From the NCBI RefSeq assembly GCF_009914755.1, contig NC_060927.1: a stretch of 64,000 nt of DNA. One strand, given 5' to 3'. This stretch comes from the human T2T-CHM13v2.0 reference genome, Homo sapiens. The number at the start of each line of letters is the position of its first letter. The first letter of the stretch is position 1. The translations under genes and the position numbers were made by a program. Shown here in pieces: positions 39,747 to 54,500 of the stretch. The notes beneath the pieces are model-generated. The model saw only the letters and a list, made by a program, of their open reading frames with translations, was not told where the DNA came from and made no database searches.

Positions 39747-40682
39747 CTGCGAGGAAGCAGAGGGCCGCGCTGAGGACTGAGGATGGCCCTTCCCCCTCCG
39801 CCAGGCCCAGCGTGTGCTCCCAGGACACACCTGTGGCGACCGCCCCGGGGTGGGCGAGGCCTCCCTCCACCAGGTTTGTGTGGTGAGTATTAAGCGAGAC
39901 CAGGCACCTGTGAACACTTGGGAAGGGTGATTTCTTTTTCTCCAACCTCCCTCCTCACCTTCTGGGACAGGAGGCTGATGACATGTTTTTGAGATCTAAC
40001 TGCCAGGCACTGTGCTAAATAAGTACTTTATTTACCTTTGGTCCTTACAACAGTATTATCTTCATATCGCAGAAGAGAAAACTGAGGCCTGGAGCCTGCC
40101 CAAGACTACCCGGCTGTTAAGTGGCAGAACTGGGTTCACAACCTCATGCTGTGAGAAGCACTGCTGCTGTGAAGTGCTACCTTGTCCAGATGTACAGTTA
40201 TGCTCCCTCCTTGGCTCACCAGCGGTTGAGTCACCTGGTAGCCAGGAGAGGGGGTGTGAGGAGGCGGTGGGGAGGGGGCTGCCCGTAATTCGGTCAGGCC
40301 TGCACAAAACCCAGGGTGCGGCCTGAGAGCACAGAGAGGGGTGGGAGGCAGCAGGGCTCTGGGGCTGGCCCACACCAGCCCTTGAGAACCAGCGTCCCCT
40401 CCTCTCCCCAGCCGCAAGTGCTGGGACACTCGGTAGTAGAAACCGGCCATGGTGCCTGTATTTACCCCATAGGCATCCGCAAATGCTATAAACCAGGGCT
40501 TCCCCTCCCCACCCCCACTCCACTCTGAGCACTGGTTGTTAAATATTCACCAGCATCCCCTGGTTGGCACAAATATCTGGTATCTTTCCTATGATGCAGA
40601 AGATGCCTCTGAGAAGTCCTCTGTGATTGCTTATTCAGGCAGATTGTAAAACTACACACTTCTGTGTTAAAAATTAATAGCC

Positions 40683-40880
40683 TAGCGAAACCCCATCTCT
40701 ACTAAAAATACAAAAAATTAGCCAGGTGTGGTGGCGGGTGCCTGTAATTCCAGCTCATCAGGAGGCTGAGGCAGGAGAAACGGTTGAATCCGGGAGTGGA
40801 GGTTGCAGTGAGCCGAGATTGTGCCATTGCACTCCAGCCTGGGCAATAAGAGCGAAACTCCGCCTCAAAAAAAAAAAAAA
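40683..40880 (+). mobile_element. 5'-truncated Alu
   Basis: Begins near the A-rich linker; clear TSD aaaaattaatagcc. Confidence 0.93.
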
Positions 40881-41728
40881 ATTAATAGCCATTCAAGACA
40901 AGGAGGCAGTCTGGGTTTGGAGATGATTTGTGAGAACACTGGACACATTTCTTCTGCATCTGCAACCAGGTCACATATAAGCTTCCACCCTCTTTGCTCC
41001 TGAAACGTCACTCTGCTTTCCTGCCTGCCTTCCTTTCTGGGGTGGGAGGGGTGAGCATCACAGGCTATGGCTACTTCTGGTCAGGGTTCCTTCTGCATGC
41101 AGAGGCAGCCCTGGGTCATAAGCAATGTGCAGGGCAGGTGGAGGTTGTCCTGGAAGTGCCTGGGGCTCTGGCTCAAGGTCACTCAGGAGAAGCATGAGAT
41201 GAAACAGTCCTCTCCTGCTGTCCGTGCGGGCCTCAGCTTCCGCACCCCAGAGACATTAATGGCACTCCACAACACCTCAGCGGTGTAAAGAAGATTAAAT
41301 GAGCTCATGCACATATATCCTATAGGCTGGCTCCCAGCATGTAGTAGGTGCTTGCTAAAAGAGAGCTGTTATTTAGCAGGGAGAAGTTGGTGAGTTTCCA
41401 GAATGGTTGTTAGCTAGGACTTGGAGTTACAGCTGTTTCCCTTTTACAGGTGACCAAGCTGAGGTCCAGAGAAGAGAAGGAGGGTGGCATCTGTTCCCCA
41501 AGGGGCATGCATCCTCCCTGTCTTACCGCCCTGTGGGTAGGAAACCCAGCTCCTCTCAGCCCACATTCTATGTCATCCCCACCAGGCCATTTGTTCACCC
41601 CAGGCAAGAGCTCTCTCTTGGGCCTTGTGCTCGCCCCTTGATCCAGCAGCTTTGCTGATGGGATCCCACCCACACCCCCATGCTGCCCGGGTCTCTGGGT
41701 GGGAGAGGACTGGAGGGGCCCCACGTAC

Positions 41729-41869
41729 CGACACCACTGAGGTACGGGCTGATGGTCCTCCAGGCGCCGATGCTGCCCTGCCGCATGCGCTGCCCCACAG
41801 CCAGTTCCAGGTACAAGAGCGGCATTCCCTCCACGATAAGCATGATGATGTAGGGGACCAGGAAACTAC
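41729..41869 (-). CDS. SLC6A20: SLC6A20 exon 2
   Basis: cag|GT AGT..G|gtacgt; [36 protein letters not shown]...; 141 nt. Confidence 0.98.
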
Positions 41870-41944
41870 CTGTGGATGTCCAGAGCTGAGAGCCAGGCCA
41901 CCACCAAAAGGCTTTTCTCCACGACCACTCAACCTCTGTGCAAA

Positions 41945-42420
41945 CATCCTTCCATCCTCCTGTCTTTCTACTTGTCCATGCATTCTCCTACCTTTCCATC
42001 ATCCATCCTCCTCTTTCTACTCATCCTTCATCCTTCTTTCATTCCACATTTTCATCCATCCCTCTTGCTGCCATTCCTCTCATCTATCTATCTACTATTC
42101 ATTCACCCACTTTCTATCCATCCTTCCATCCAACCATCCATTCATCCATCCGTTCTTCTGTCTATCTTTCCATCCTTCCATCTATCCACCCTACATCCAT
42201 CCATCCTTCCTTCCTTCCATCCATCTATATTTCCAACCTTCCATTCATCCATCCGTATTTCCATATTTCCATCCATCCATCCATCCATCCATCCATCCAT
42301 CCAACCATCCATCCATCCTTCCATCCATTCATCTGTCCATCCTTCCATGCATCCTTACATCCATCCTTTCATCTTTTTATCTTCCTACTCAGCCACCTGT
42401 CTGTTCGTCCATCCATCTGT
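41945..42420. repeat. Degenerate (TCCA)n/(GGAT)n simple repeat, ~480 bp
   Basis: Direct reading; purest stretch ~42270-42320. Confidence 0.95.
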
Positions 42421-43859
42421 GGATGACATGCAGCCATGTCAGTTGTTGAACTCTTTAAATTCATCCTCGCTGGGAGGCAAACTGCCACTGTCCCAAGCTG
42501 CTTGAATGCCTTTCTCAATGCCTCCACTGTCCCAGCCCTTCTGCCAAACCCCACATTCCATCTTCTATTTCAGCAACTAATAGTTGATCAGGGCCAAGAC
42601 AATTGTGTTGTTAAATATGTCAGACATCATGCCTGGATCCATGCATTCAGCTGTCCACCTCTATGCACTTCCTTTGGGCTTTGTGCACAGCCCTGATGGT
42701 GCTCCACATGAGGTAGTGTATGAAACAGACACTTACTAAGCACTTACTCTGGGCCAGCCCCTGGCTGGTGTGGAATGGGAGAGTAGCAACTCTGCTCCCT
42801 GCCCTTGAGGTTCCCTGCTGTTGGTGATGGTGGGGAGCCAGGGAGTGTGAATTTTGTCAGGGTGAGCCTAACAAAATGTCCAGTGGGAAAAGAGGGCAGG
42901 ACTTCTGATCAAATAAAACCCAGACACTACAACTGCAAAGATTAAGGGCTGATTACAGAGCAAACTGGATCCTCAGTTGTTAAGGTAAACAACAAAATAA
43001 CTATGCTTACATGAACATCTAATATTTACCAAAAATGTCTCCATTGTACACACGTGCTGTCCTGTAACCCACTCTTCTCACCCTATGGCATTCCCCAGGC
43101 ACTCTCCCAATCACAGACCTTTGCATCACCCCTTAAAGAGCTGCATGATGTTCTGCTCTGAAAATGAGCCCAGAATGCATTTAATCAATTGTTAGACACT
43201 CAGGCTGTTTCCAGCTTTCTGCCATCCTAAACAAAGCTGTGAAATGAAGCCTGGTCCACTTGTTTGTGTATTTCCTTGGGATACAAATCCCAGAAGTGGA
43301 ATGGCTGGGGCAAAGACCAGGCAGAGCCCCCATGGCCACACCACAGAAAGAAAGGCATGAGCCGCTTGCATGGGTGGATGAGTGCCCACACCACCAGGCT
43401 TGGAGTTCCTAGCTTCATCCTGCTCATGTGGGGGCCTAGAACAAATCCTGCCCTCTCATGTCCAGACACTGCTATAACTCCTCTAGGCCAGGCTCCCTTC
43501 CTTTCCTTCAGAACCTTGTTTCAGCACCTTGTGAGTTTTCTCTCAATATCAAAGGAGTCCAAGAGGTCATTGGTGGCTCTCAATCATGAAATATCTGACA
43601 ATAAAGATTGGGTTCACACACTGAGACTTTGAAGCCACATTCAAACCCTCAGTGGTTATAAGATAATCCTGTTTTTACGCGGGGTGTTAAACAGTAACTA
43701 TGTAAGGCCTGGCAAGGTCCAGGGACGACTGTCTCTCTGACAGGGTCTGACTGCCCAGTGCCCATGGGTAGGGTGGAAATCTAAAACCTGATGCCAAGTG
43801 GGAACATGGGGGCTGTTTGGCCCTAGGCATTAATCATTTCTGTCACTCCTGACCCAACC

Positions 43860-44350
43860 TATCAAATAAACACATAATCTGGGTGAATTTGCTCTGCAAT
43901 AAATTTTTCAAGAAATGATGCTAGAACAATTGAACATTCATATGCAGAAAAATGAAACTCAACCCATATCTCAAATTTTATAACAAACAAATCTCAGAAT
44001 GGATTACAGGCCTATATGAACAACTAAAAGCTATAAAACTTATATAAGAATACAGGAGAAAACCTTTATGAACTTGAGTTTGAGGCAAAGATTTCTTAAA
44101 TACAATGTTAAAAGCACTATCTATGGAAGAAAAGATTGAGAAATTGGATTTCGTTACTTCTTTGTGAAAGACACTGTTAAGAGAATAAAAACAAAAACTA
44201 TAGACTGGGAGAAAATACTTGCAAAACACGCATCTTGAGAAAAACTTTGTGCCAAGAATATATAAAGGATTCTCAAAACTCAATAAGAAAAATAACCCTT
44301 TCAAAAAATGTAAAAAAAAAATGTGAACAGGCATTTCACCAAAGAATGCC
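43860..44350 (+). mobile_element. L1M ORF2 3' remnant
   Basis: atgatgctagaacaattgaacattcatatgcagaaaaatgaaactcaaccc.. L1 signature. Confidence 0.75.
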
Positions 44351-44746
44351 TGTCTTAGTCTGTGCTGCTATAACAGAATACCAGAGACTGGATAATTTAC
44401 AAAGAACAGAAATTTATTGGCTCATGGTTCTGGAGGCTGGGAAGTCCAAGAGCATGGTGCTAGTATCTGGAGAGGGCCTTCTTACTGCATCATCCCATGG
44501 CAGGAGGTGGGAGGGCAAGAGGGAGCAAAGGGAGCAAGAGGGAGCAAGAGGGGGCTGAACTCTCTTTTATAACAAACCCACTCTCTCAATAACAAAAACA
44601 CTCCTGGGATAATGATACCAATCCATTGACAAGGCCAGAGTCCTCATGACCTAATCACCTCTTAATGGTCCCACTTCTCAACCCTATTGCATTGGAAACT
44701 AAGTTTTCAACACATGAGCTTTGGAGGACATATTCAAACCATAGTA
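44351..44746 (-). mobile_element. MST-type MaLR LTR (MSTC/D-like)
   Basis: tgtcttagtc..gctgctataacagaatacc start, cattcaaaccatagta-like end. Confidence 0.8.
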
Positions 44747-44872
44747 GGATGATTCCATTTATATGACATTCTGGAAAAGGCAAAACTATAGGGACAGAAA
44801 ACAGGTTGGTGGTGGCCAGGAGTAGGGGAGTAGGAAGGGGTTGACTACAAGGGGCATGATTTTGGTGGTAGT

Positions 44873-45251
44873 TGTGATGGCTAATACTGAGTGTCAAATT
44901 GATTGGATAAAGGGATGCAAAGTATTGATCCTGGGTGTGTCTGTGAGGGTGTTGCCAAAGGAGATTAACATTTGAGTTAGTGGGCTGGGAAAGGCAGACC
45001 CACCCTTAATCTGGTGGACCCAATCTGATCAGCTGACAGTGAATATAAAGCAGGCAGAAAAAAGTGAAAAGGTGAGCCTGGCTTAGCCTCTCAGCCTACA
45101 TCTTTCTCCCGTGCTGGATGCTTCCTGCCGTTGAACATCGGACTGCAAGTTCTTCAGTTTTGGGACTCAGACTGGCTTTCCTTGATCCTCAGCTTGCAGA
45201 CAGCCTATTGTGGGACCTTGTAATCATGTGAGTTAATACTTAATAAACTCC

Positions 45252-45289
<38 letters not shown>

Positions 45290-45326
45290 CCCTATTAGTT
45301 CTGTCCCTCTAGGGAACCCTAATACA
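44873..45326 (+). mobile_element. MLT2A1-type HERV-L solo LTR
   Basis: TGTGATGG..start, ..ccctaataca end, perfect TSD GTAGT; 454 bp; (CT)n after AATAAA. Confidence 0.9.
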
Positions 45327-47600
45327 GTAGTAATACAACTACATGCCTTAAAGGCATGTGTGGAGATTAAATACAGCCACACATTCTTCAGCGCTCCTCC
45401 CCTGAAGAGGTGGAGTCTATTCCCCACACTGTGAGGCTGGGCTGGCCTTGGGGCTGGCTTTGTCCAGTAGAATGTGGTGTCCATGTTGGTACCAGAGCCC
45501 AGGCCTCAGGATGCCTTGCAGCTTCACCTTCCTTCTCTTGGAGTGTGCCTGAGACAGCCATGTACAGATACCAGACCAGGCTCCAGAGGATGAGAGGCCA
45601 CGAGGAGGAGAACCGAGGGAGACCAGCCAGCTCAGCACCCACTACCAGGTGTGTGAGGGACCTTCTGGCTGCATGAGCAAGGCCAGACACAAACAGTAAA
45701 GGAACAGCTCAGGCACCCACAGAACTGTGAGAAATGATTAATTATTGTTGCTTTAAGTCACTAATTTTTTTTCTTTTTACCTCTCAATATTTTCAGTGTG
45801 TATTTCCAAAAACAAGAACATTATCTTATATAATCCCAGTGCAATGAGTAAAATCAGGGAATTAACACCAACATCAAACTATTATTTTATCTGCAGCCCT
45901 TTTGCAATTTTCTTGACTGTCCCACTGATGTCCTCTAGGCATCCAGACTCTAGCTCACAAGCCCACAAGGCCTCTAGCTGTCAGGTTTCTTTAGTCTCCT
46001 TTAATCTGGGACACCTCCTTAGACATTTTTGCCTTTCTTTGTCTTTCATGACCTTTCACAGTGCTTTAGAGGAGCACTGGCCAGTTACTTTGTGGAATGT
46101 CCCTCATTTGGAGTTTTGGCAGAAACACTAAAGTTATCCTGTGTCCTTGTCCAGAGGCACAAGATGTCAATGTGTTCCATTCACGGTGATGTAGATTTTG
46201 CTCACTTGGTTGAGGTGGTGTCTGCTGGATTTCTCTGCTGAGAGTTACTATTCTCCCCTTAGAAATAATTATCTTCTTGGAGATATTCTGAGCCTCAGTA
46301 ACTATCCTATTTCTCATACTTTTGCCCAGTAGTTTTGGCATCCAGTGAAGATTTTTGCCCAAAACGATTATTGCCACACTGGTTGCCAGATGGCGATTTC
46401 CTAATTCCATCATTCCTTCTAAGTCCTGGAGTTTTCAAGTGGTTTGTTATGAATAAATAGGTAACTGAGGCACACATTGAGCCCTGTGGTAATGTCTCTG
46501 CCACTGTGAGTCCATATTACCCCAGATGAGTGGGACGCTTACAGTCACAGAATTATTGGAAGATGTAGACTCAGCTCAGCCTGGTGAATCCTTACTCATC
46601 ACCACCTCCCTGGCACCCACTGTCACATCTCCACTGCACCGCCCTCCAGGCAGGTCTTTGTGATTCCACCCTCCAGTCCCCTCCCTGCAGTTTGTTCTCA
46701 GATTGTGACACACCTGCCTTTTCCATCCCTAGCTTCTCACCTGGTCAAATCTTCCTTGGCTCCTCCTTCCACCTGGAATCAAACCCATACTCCCTCCCTT
46801 GACCTCTGAGGCTTGGGGAACAGGGCTCCCACCTTCCCTTCCCTGCCGCTGGCCTCTCTCCATCCACTGCAGTCACACTGGCCTTCCTGCTGGTCTGGCC
46901 TCAGCACCTTGGTTCTTGCTGTTCCTCCTGCCCAGGATGCTTTCTCTCTTCTTTCAGTGCTCTGCCCAGACTTGGCTTCCCCAGAGCCGCCTTCTCTGTC
47001 CACCCTCACTAGAACAGCCTTCTTGCCATCTTGGACTCCTTACCCTGCTTGATTTACCTTCTGAACATTTCCCTATGTGAATAATGCTATAATTTTCTTT
47101 GTTTACTTGGTGTCTGCCTCTCTACTAGCAAGGAAGCTCTCCTCTTGTTCTCTGCTCTGCTTAGAACAGCACTGGGCAGAGAGCCAGAGTCCATTGAATA
47201 TTTGTTGAATGCAGGAAAGAATCCTTAGGGTCTCACTGGATCTTCCAGATGCATCACTTCCTCCAAGTGTCACCAGATCACTCAAAACTAAGACCCACCC
47301 TCTTGTCTTGCAAGCCCCTGTTGTTGAGGCACCTGCCGCTACACTGAATGTCTACTGCTCTGTCCACACCTCCAACTCCTAAACAGTCAGCTCCTTGAGG
47401 GTAGAGATGGGATCTGCATGGCTCATAGTTGATCTCTAGCTCCTAAGGAAGGACCTGGCACAGAGTAGGTGCTCAGTAAATGTTTGTTGAGTAACTGGCT
47501 CTACTGTGGTGTATAGCGTAATGCTTGGGCTTGCTGTCCATGTGTTTTCTCTTCTTGTAATCTCCATCTCTTTATCCTGTTCTTCTGAACTGTGGAATAA

Positions 47601-47840
<240 letters not shown>

Positions 47841-49346
47841 GCCATATTTTTTGCTAGGGGAGATCCATACTGGCTCTTGGTGATACCCTGTTTCCAAAAA
47901 AAAAAAAAAATGATAAAAAAGAAAAAGAAAGCTATCCCACAGCTCAGAAGAAAAGGATAAAGAGATGGAGATTACAAGAAGAGAAGAGACATGGACAGCA
48001 AACCCAAGCGCTACTCTATGTCTAATAAGCGTTACTCAGTTTCAGCAGTTGTGCCTGCAGAAAGAACACTGCAGACACAACTGGTAGAAAAGTACAATCA
48101 CAAATTCTACAAGTCATTTTCCCAGTTGTGTACATTGAAAGCACTCACTAGTCCTAGGTTAACTTGATGAAAACATTTAATACTTAGACATATAGCCTGT
48201 GATCTTTCAGAAATTATAAGATTCACATAATACCATATAAATTTATGTAATATTCTAGGTCCATGATACCTAATAACTAATAAAAAATAAAATTGGCTGC
48301 AGAGTTCTCCTTTGCAGAAATGAAAATCTGAAAACAACAGAAAAGCATCTATAGATTTTTGAGTAAAAAACATTGTAGCTAACTCATGTGGCTACAAAGG
48401 ACAGATGTTCTCAGACATGCTGAGAAAGCGAACCACCTATTTACTATTCCTGAAAAACTTAAGTGCTCATGAACTGCATCCAACCAGTGTTGGATCAAAA
48501 TAAGGAACTCAGATATGGGGTTGTGTTATAGTAGAACTAACTAGTGGTAAATAAACCAACAAAACAGAATCAAGTCTGAAAATCATACTGTTAATATCAT
48601 TGTAAAGTTATACAAATGGAAAATGTAATTTCTGAATGAGAAGAAACAAAATATAAAGAGTAAAATAATCATCATAATGTGTCTGAAATCCTAGATTATA
48701 TCAACAAAAGTTGTTAACTGGAATGGGGGTGAGGAAAGAAGCAAGAAGTACAAGTGTGCTAAAATTTTTTTCTTTCATAGGGTGATATCAACAGATGACA
48801 TTTCATTCTTGACAGTGATAACTAGAGAAAATAAGTATACTTTCCCCTCAAATTTAAATTAACTGCTAATAGAAAAAATAGGAATTATACCTTCTAAATC
48901 ACTTGAGAAAAAAAGTGAAGAATATATACTTCATAATGTAAAAGATCAAAACAAAATCCAACAATAATAACTAACAAAAAGGAAAAGTAAGGCAGTACGA
49001 AATGTGATGAAAAATAACAGCAAACATAACCTGATAATAAATATAAACGGATCAAATTCCTCCACTAAAACATGAGGACCACTGGATTATAACAGCATAA
49101 AACTTTACGTGACTTAAACTTCCACAACTGGAGAATGGTTAAGTAAGTTATGTTACCTCTGTAAATGGAATATTATGGAGCTATTTAAGCTTATATTTTC
49201 AAAAAATATTACATGATTTTGGAAAGGATTAAAATAAGTTAATTTTGAAAAAGCAAAATACCAAGTCACATATAAAAATATGGTTCTAATTTTTTACAGC
49301 AAAAATGTTAACAGTCATTACCTCTGGGTGGTGGAATTTCTGGTGA

Positions 49347-49625
<279 letters not shown>

Positions 49626-51190
49626 TAATTATCATAGCCAGTACGTTGTCTATTTGCTAAACCTAAGAATCTCACTAGAAGAGACATTCCTTTCTGTATG
49701 AAATGTATCACTGCAAGCCCTCACATCATAATCTGTCTCCTTTGAGGGCCACAGAGATGCCCGCCCGAGTCAGTGCCTTTCATGGGAAAGCTTACTCAGG
49801 TGTCCAAACTCTTTCTCTCCCTCCACTTACATATCTTTTTTTCCAAAAACAACAACAACAAAAACAAACAAACAAACAAAAAACACAGCAGGGATTTTTT
49901 GTAAACCTTTTTTTTTTCTTTCTGGGGCATGTGTGTGCTTGTGTATGTGTGTGCATATACACAATGTTTAATGTAATGTTTAATGTAAGGAACACCGAGC
50001 ACACCAGGGGATGCTGAAGCTGCTGGCCTGGGGGTTCCACTTTGGGAACCACTGCTCTATTCTGTGAGACTCTCCACCCCAGCGCCTTCCTTCTCTTCAT
50101 TCACTCGCCTCCATCTTGGTCTTCCCCCAAAAGTTTCCCATTTGGAGTCAAACCCAGTCAACCTTTTGAAAACCAAGAACAAGGGCACAGGTGAGAAAAA
50201 TTAAAGCCGTCTTTACTCTTCCTGACTGTCACTGGTTTAAACCTCCTAGAATTCCCTCCCATCTGTTCTCTGCTCTCCTTGCTCATCCCCTCGGGCAGCA
50301 TCACCCCTTCTCCAGCTACCCAGTGCATCCTTGGCCTCCATGCTGGCAATCTCTGTAAACCACAGCTCTGACTGTGCCACTTCCCTGCTTAAAATCTGGC
50401 TTTGCTGTCAGAGCTAAGCTCCACCTTCTTAGCCTGTTATTTGGGGCCCTTAGGGACATGCTGACTCCTTTTTCATCTCCAGTTTCCTCTCCTGCCATTG
50501 CCCTAGTCCCCGCCTCACTTCTCACAGCCACCTGGGGTTTCTGGCCATTTCCCTCAAATGTGTGCTTTTCTGTGCCTTTTGCATACAGTTTCTTCTGCCT
50601 GGAATATTTTCACCCCTAATTCTACATGATGAGCTTTGACTTCTCTTTCACAGCTGCTATTAAATGTTGCCATTGCTGGAAGGCTTTCTAGATCCTCTTG
50701 AGCAGTTAGTCCTTCTTGAGTTATTTCAGCGAAGCCTCTGAACAGTGCTTTGTTAAAGCTTTTCCTGCTTGGTCCACCCCCAACCCCTGTACCCTATAAT
50801 CACCATATTTGTAAACTTCCGTCAGCGTAGTCCCTGGCTTGCAGAAGATACTCAGTGAATATTTACTGAATGACTTAAATTGCCTAGAAGGTTTATATTA
50901 TATATTGTTTGTAAGGTAGTGATTCTCAACCTGGGTTGCACAGTAGAGCCCTCTGGGGAGTGTAAAACTCCTGTTTAGGCCACATCTGAGACCAATCCAA
51001 TCAGGATTTCTGGGGATAGGACAGAAGCATCAGTATTTTTTAAAGCTATGGGCTGATTCCAACACACAGACAAATAGAGGCTTCTCCACCAGTAGGCAGA
51101 CTCTATGTTCCTGACTGGTCACTTTTCCTCCCTACCAAGTGGGAGTGAGACATGTCAGACCCCACAATGCAACAGGCACAGGAGGGATGG

Positions 51191-51566
51191 TGTATCAGTC
51201 TGTTCTCACACTGCTGTAAAGAAATACCTCAAACTGGGTAATTTATAAAGGAAAGAAGTTTAATTGGCTCACAGTTCCACAGGCTGTACAGGAAGCATGG
51301 CTGGGGAGGCCTCAGGAAACTTGCAATTTTGGAAGAAGGTGAAGGGGAAGTAGGCACGTCTTACATGACTGGAGCAGGAGGAAGAGAGAGAGTAGGAAGC
51401 TGCTACATACTTTTAAATAACCAGATCTCACTGATAACTCACTATCACGAGAACAGCACCAAAGGGGAAATTTACCTCATGATCCAATCACCTCCCACCA
51501 GACCCCACCTCCAACATTGGGATTACAATTTGACATGAGATTTGGGTGGGGACCAAACTCATATCA
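51191..51566 (-). mobile_element. MSTA-like MaLR solo LTR
   Basis: tgtatcagtc...aactcatatca termini; perfect TSD GATGG. Confidence 0.9.
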
Positions 51567-54500
51567 GATGGATTTAGCCCGGGGATCAAAGGAGGGCTTT
51601 GTGGAAGAAGTCACCTTTAATTTAGGGAGGAGGTTTCCTGGAGAGGATGAAGAGCACACTGGGAAGATGCCAAACATTTTGAGGTATATTCAGGGAAGGG
51701 CAGAGGTGGAGAGGAGGTTAGAACAGAAGGGACAAGGGATCCTTGCAGGTGGACATCGCACAGGCTCCTGGCCAGGCCCTCCTCCAATGTCAAGGTGAGC
51801 CATGGGTGAGTGTCACAGGAGAACCACAGGAAGAAGTACCCTGAGCCACGGCAATTCTTATTTGGGGGTCCTAGAAAGGCCTGGACACCTGAGGAGTCCT
51901 GTCCTGCCTGTAGCAGATGAGTGCAGGGTGCTGGGGAGAGAGCCCTGGCTTGTCACAGAAGTGACTTGAGCCCCAGCTATTTCTCCAGAAGTCTTGTTCT
52001 CTCTGACTTGTTTCCTATCTGTAAATGGGGGTGACAGGACCAACTGTGGGCATGTTGTGAAGACCAAATTGAATTCCTTCAGAAAATGCCTCACATGATG
52101 CCTGGCACATGCTAGGAGCCCAACAGGGCAGATGTTACCAGGATTGAGTCTGGAAAACTTGGGTGAGCAGCAGGGGCCCCTGATCATGGTATTTCCCAAC
52201 TACTGGGGGCCCTCACCCACTTTACAGGTAAACAGCTGCAGCACTGTTCCCTGATCCATCCATGGACTGACCTGCTGTGAATCAGTCCCAGGCTGGGTGC
52301 TGGCCTGAAGAGCTGTGGCCACCGCAGCTCCAGGCCGGCTCACAAGAGCCAACCGGCCCCACCTCTCCCCAACCCCACACTCCGGCACAATACGTTGGCA
52401 GTCTGAAACTGGCCATGGTGGGAGGATTTACATCAAGGTAATCTGCAAATTCTTGGAATTGGGTCTTGCTGTTCCACCAAGAGCCAGTTGTTAAACATTT
52501 ACTGGGACCCTACTGCCGGGCCTGGGGCCACAGAAGCAACCCTGACCCTTCCCTGAAGTGTGGTCCATGGACCAAGCCTTAGCCTTGCTAGGGAGCTTTC
52601 TAGAAATGAAGAATCCTGTCCTCCCCCACAGGCGTCTGGATCAGAATCCCTGGAAGTGGGGTCTAGCAACCTGCAGTTTATGAAGATGCTCAGGTAGGCT
52701 ACAGTTTGACATGCAATTCTCTAAGCAATTTGGGGTAAGCAGTACAGGCAGCTGAAAGAGCTGGCTTCCTGTCCCAGACAGCAAGGGCTTTGCAGGGATG
52801 TGGAGCATTCCAGTCTGAGAGTGATACTGTCCCACTGCATAGTCAGGTGTCCTCTGATTTCCCCCTCAATATTGCAGAGAGAAAATTTAAGAGAAAAAAA
52901 TCCATATTTCCACCAGTCACACAACTGTTCTCATCTCTCCATGTTTCTTCCGTGCACAGGTTTATGTAAAATAGTTAGTGCAGTATTTGCTTTTTACACC
53001 TTAGTGCACACACACTTGCATCCCCGATTTCTTCCTGAACAACTACTGCCTTAGATTTTGACATGGTTGCCCAAGACCTGCTGACTTTTTCAAAAAGAGA
53101 TTTTGTGAAGTTCTTTGAGCTGCCTTTTATTTTTTTTTTTTCTAGAGCAGGCAGCCAGGGCTGTACAGAGATGATTGGTACCTGGAATGTAATCTTCAGA
53201 ATTAACATTCCTCATGCCGGGCCGGGCCTGGCCTGGGGAGCAGGAAGGAAACAAGCCTCTCCAGTCACGGGCAGAGTCCCATGGAGAGGGGCACAGATCC
53301 CTAATCCGTCTTATTCTGGGAAGTATTTTGGCACAGCCTGGCTCTGTGGTTTATAAACAAATTCTTTGTTTGCTGGGGGTATTTGCAGCTCTGCTTACAA
53401 GGAAGTTATACACCCCTCTGCAGCCTTTCATAATGTGGCTGATTTTTACCTTCCGGTAAGGGATGGGTTGTAAACTGCCTGGGTTTGGGGCAACACAAAT
53501 CACTTCTTAAAGGTGACTTTACTGTGCAGTGAAAGGCTTGGGAAAGCCTCTAGCATCCTCTAGCGTCATTTATTCTGTGGCTTTTCCTAATACCTTGCTC
53601 ATTCACTCAACAAATATTTATTGGATGGCTCCTGTGACTCCATCACATCACAGAGGTTGGGCCGGGCGGAGACAGAGAAACTGAAGAACAATGTGCAGTT
53701 CTTCTGACCAAGTGCTTATGTGGCCTGTGAAGTAGTGAGGAGAGTCAGAGAGCACAACGGAGAGAAAGCAATATTTGGTCCCACCTGGAGGGAATGGTGG
53801 GAGTTCTCCCAGCAACAACAGCCTCTCAGGTGGAGGAAATATCTTGTGTGAAGGGTTGAGGCACAGAAGGAGGTGCTCATGGAAGTGTTTGGAAGGCAGG
53901 AGGAGGTTTGAAGCTGTGTGGCAGGAAATGAGGTGGAAATATTGGACAAGTGGTCAAGTTAGGTGGTCAAGTGCCTACGGTGCCAAGTGGACTGTTCGGT
54001 CTTTATTCTGTAGACATGTGGCTGACAGGGTGCCATCCACCAGACCCACACCCTCCTTTTGTCTGTGCACCCACTAATCCATGCATACACCCAGCCACCA
54101 ATCCATGCTCCGTCCGGCTTCCACTCATCTATCTATCCACCCATCCAGCCGAAGCATCCTCTGCACCAGGCACAGGATTACTTCTTGTTTCTTTTTCTTG
54201 GAACCTGAGGGTCTTGAGGTTTCCCTAGCAACCCCTTGATACATATTCAACTCCAGAACTATCAGCCCCACATGCATCCCTCTGCAGACTATTCAGGTGA
54301 TGGTGGTATTATAAACAAGGAATTAAGTAGTCATGTGACAGTGAGGCTCACCTGGACTGATGACTGGGAAACATGTACCCAGGATAAAGGTATCATGGGT
54401 AGGTCTACTGAGCACAGAATGATGTGGAAATCTCATTCTGACAAATAATTCTTTTTAAGAGTCAGTTATAGAGCTGTTAGAGCACATGGTAATGCTGTTA

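Noticed and set aside
41625-42505. 274, 209 and 162 aa His/Pro/Ser/Ile-rich ORFs
   Set aside because: Translation of the (TCCA)n repeat
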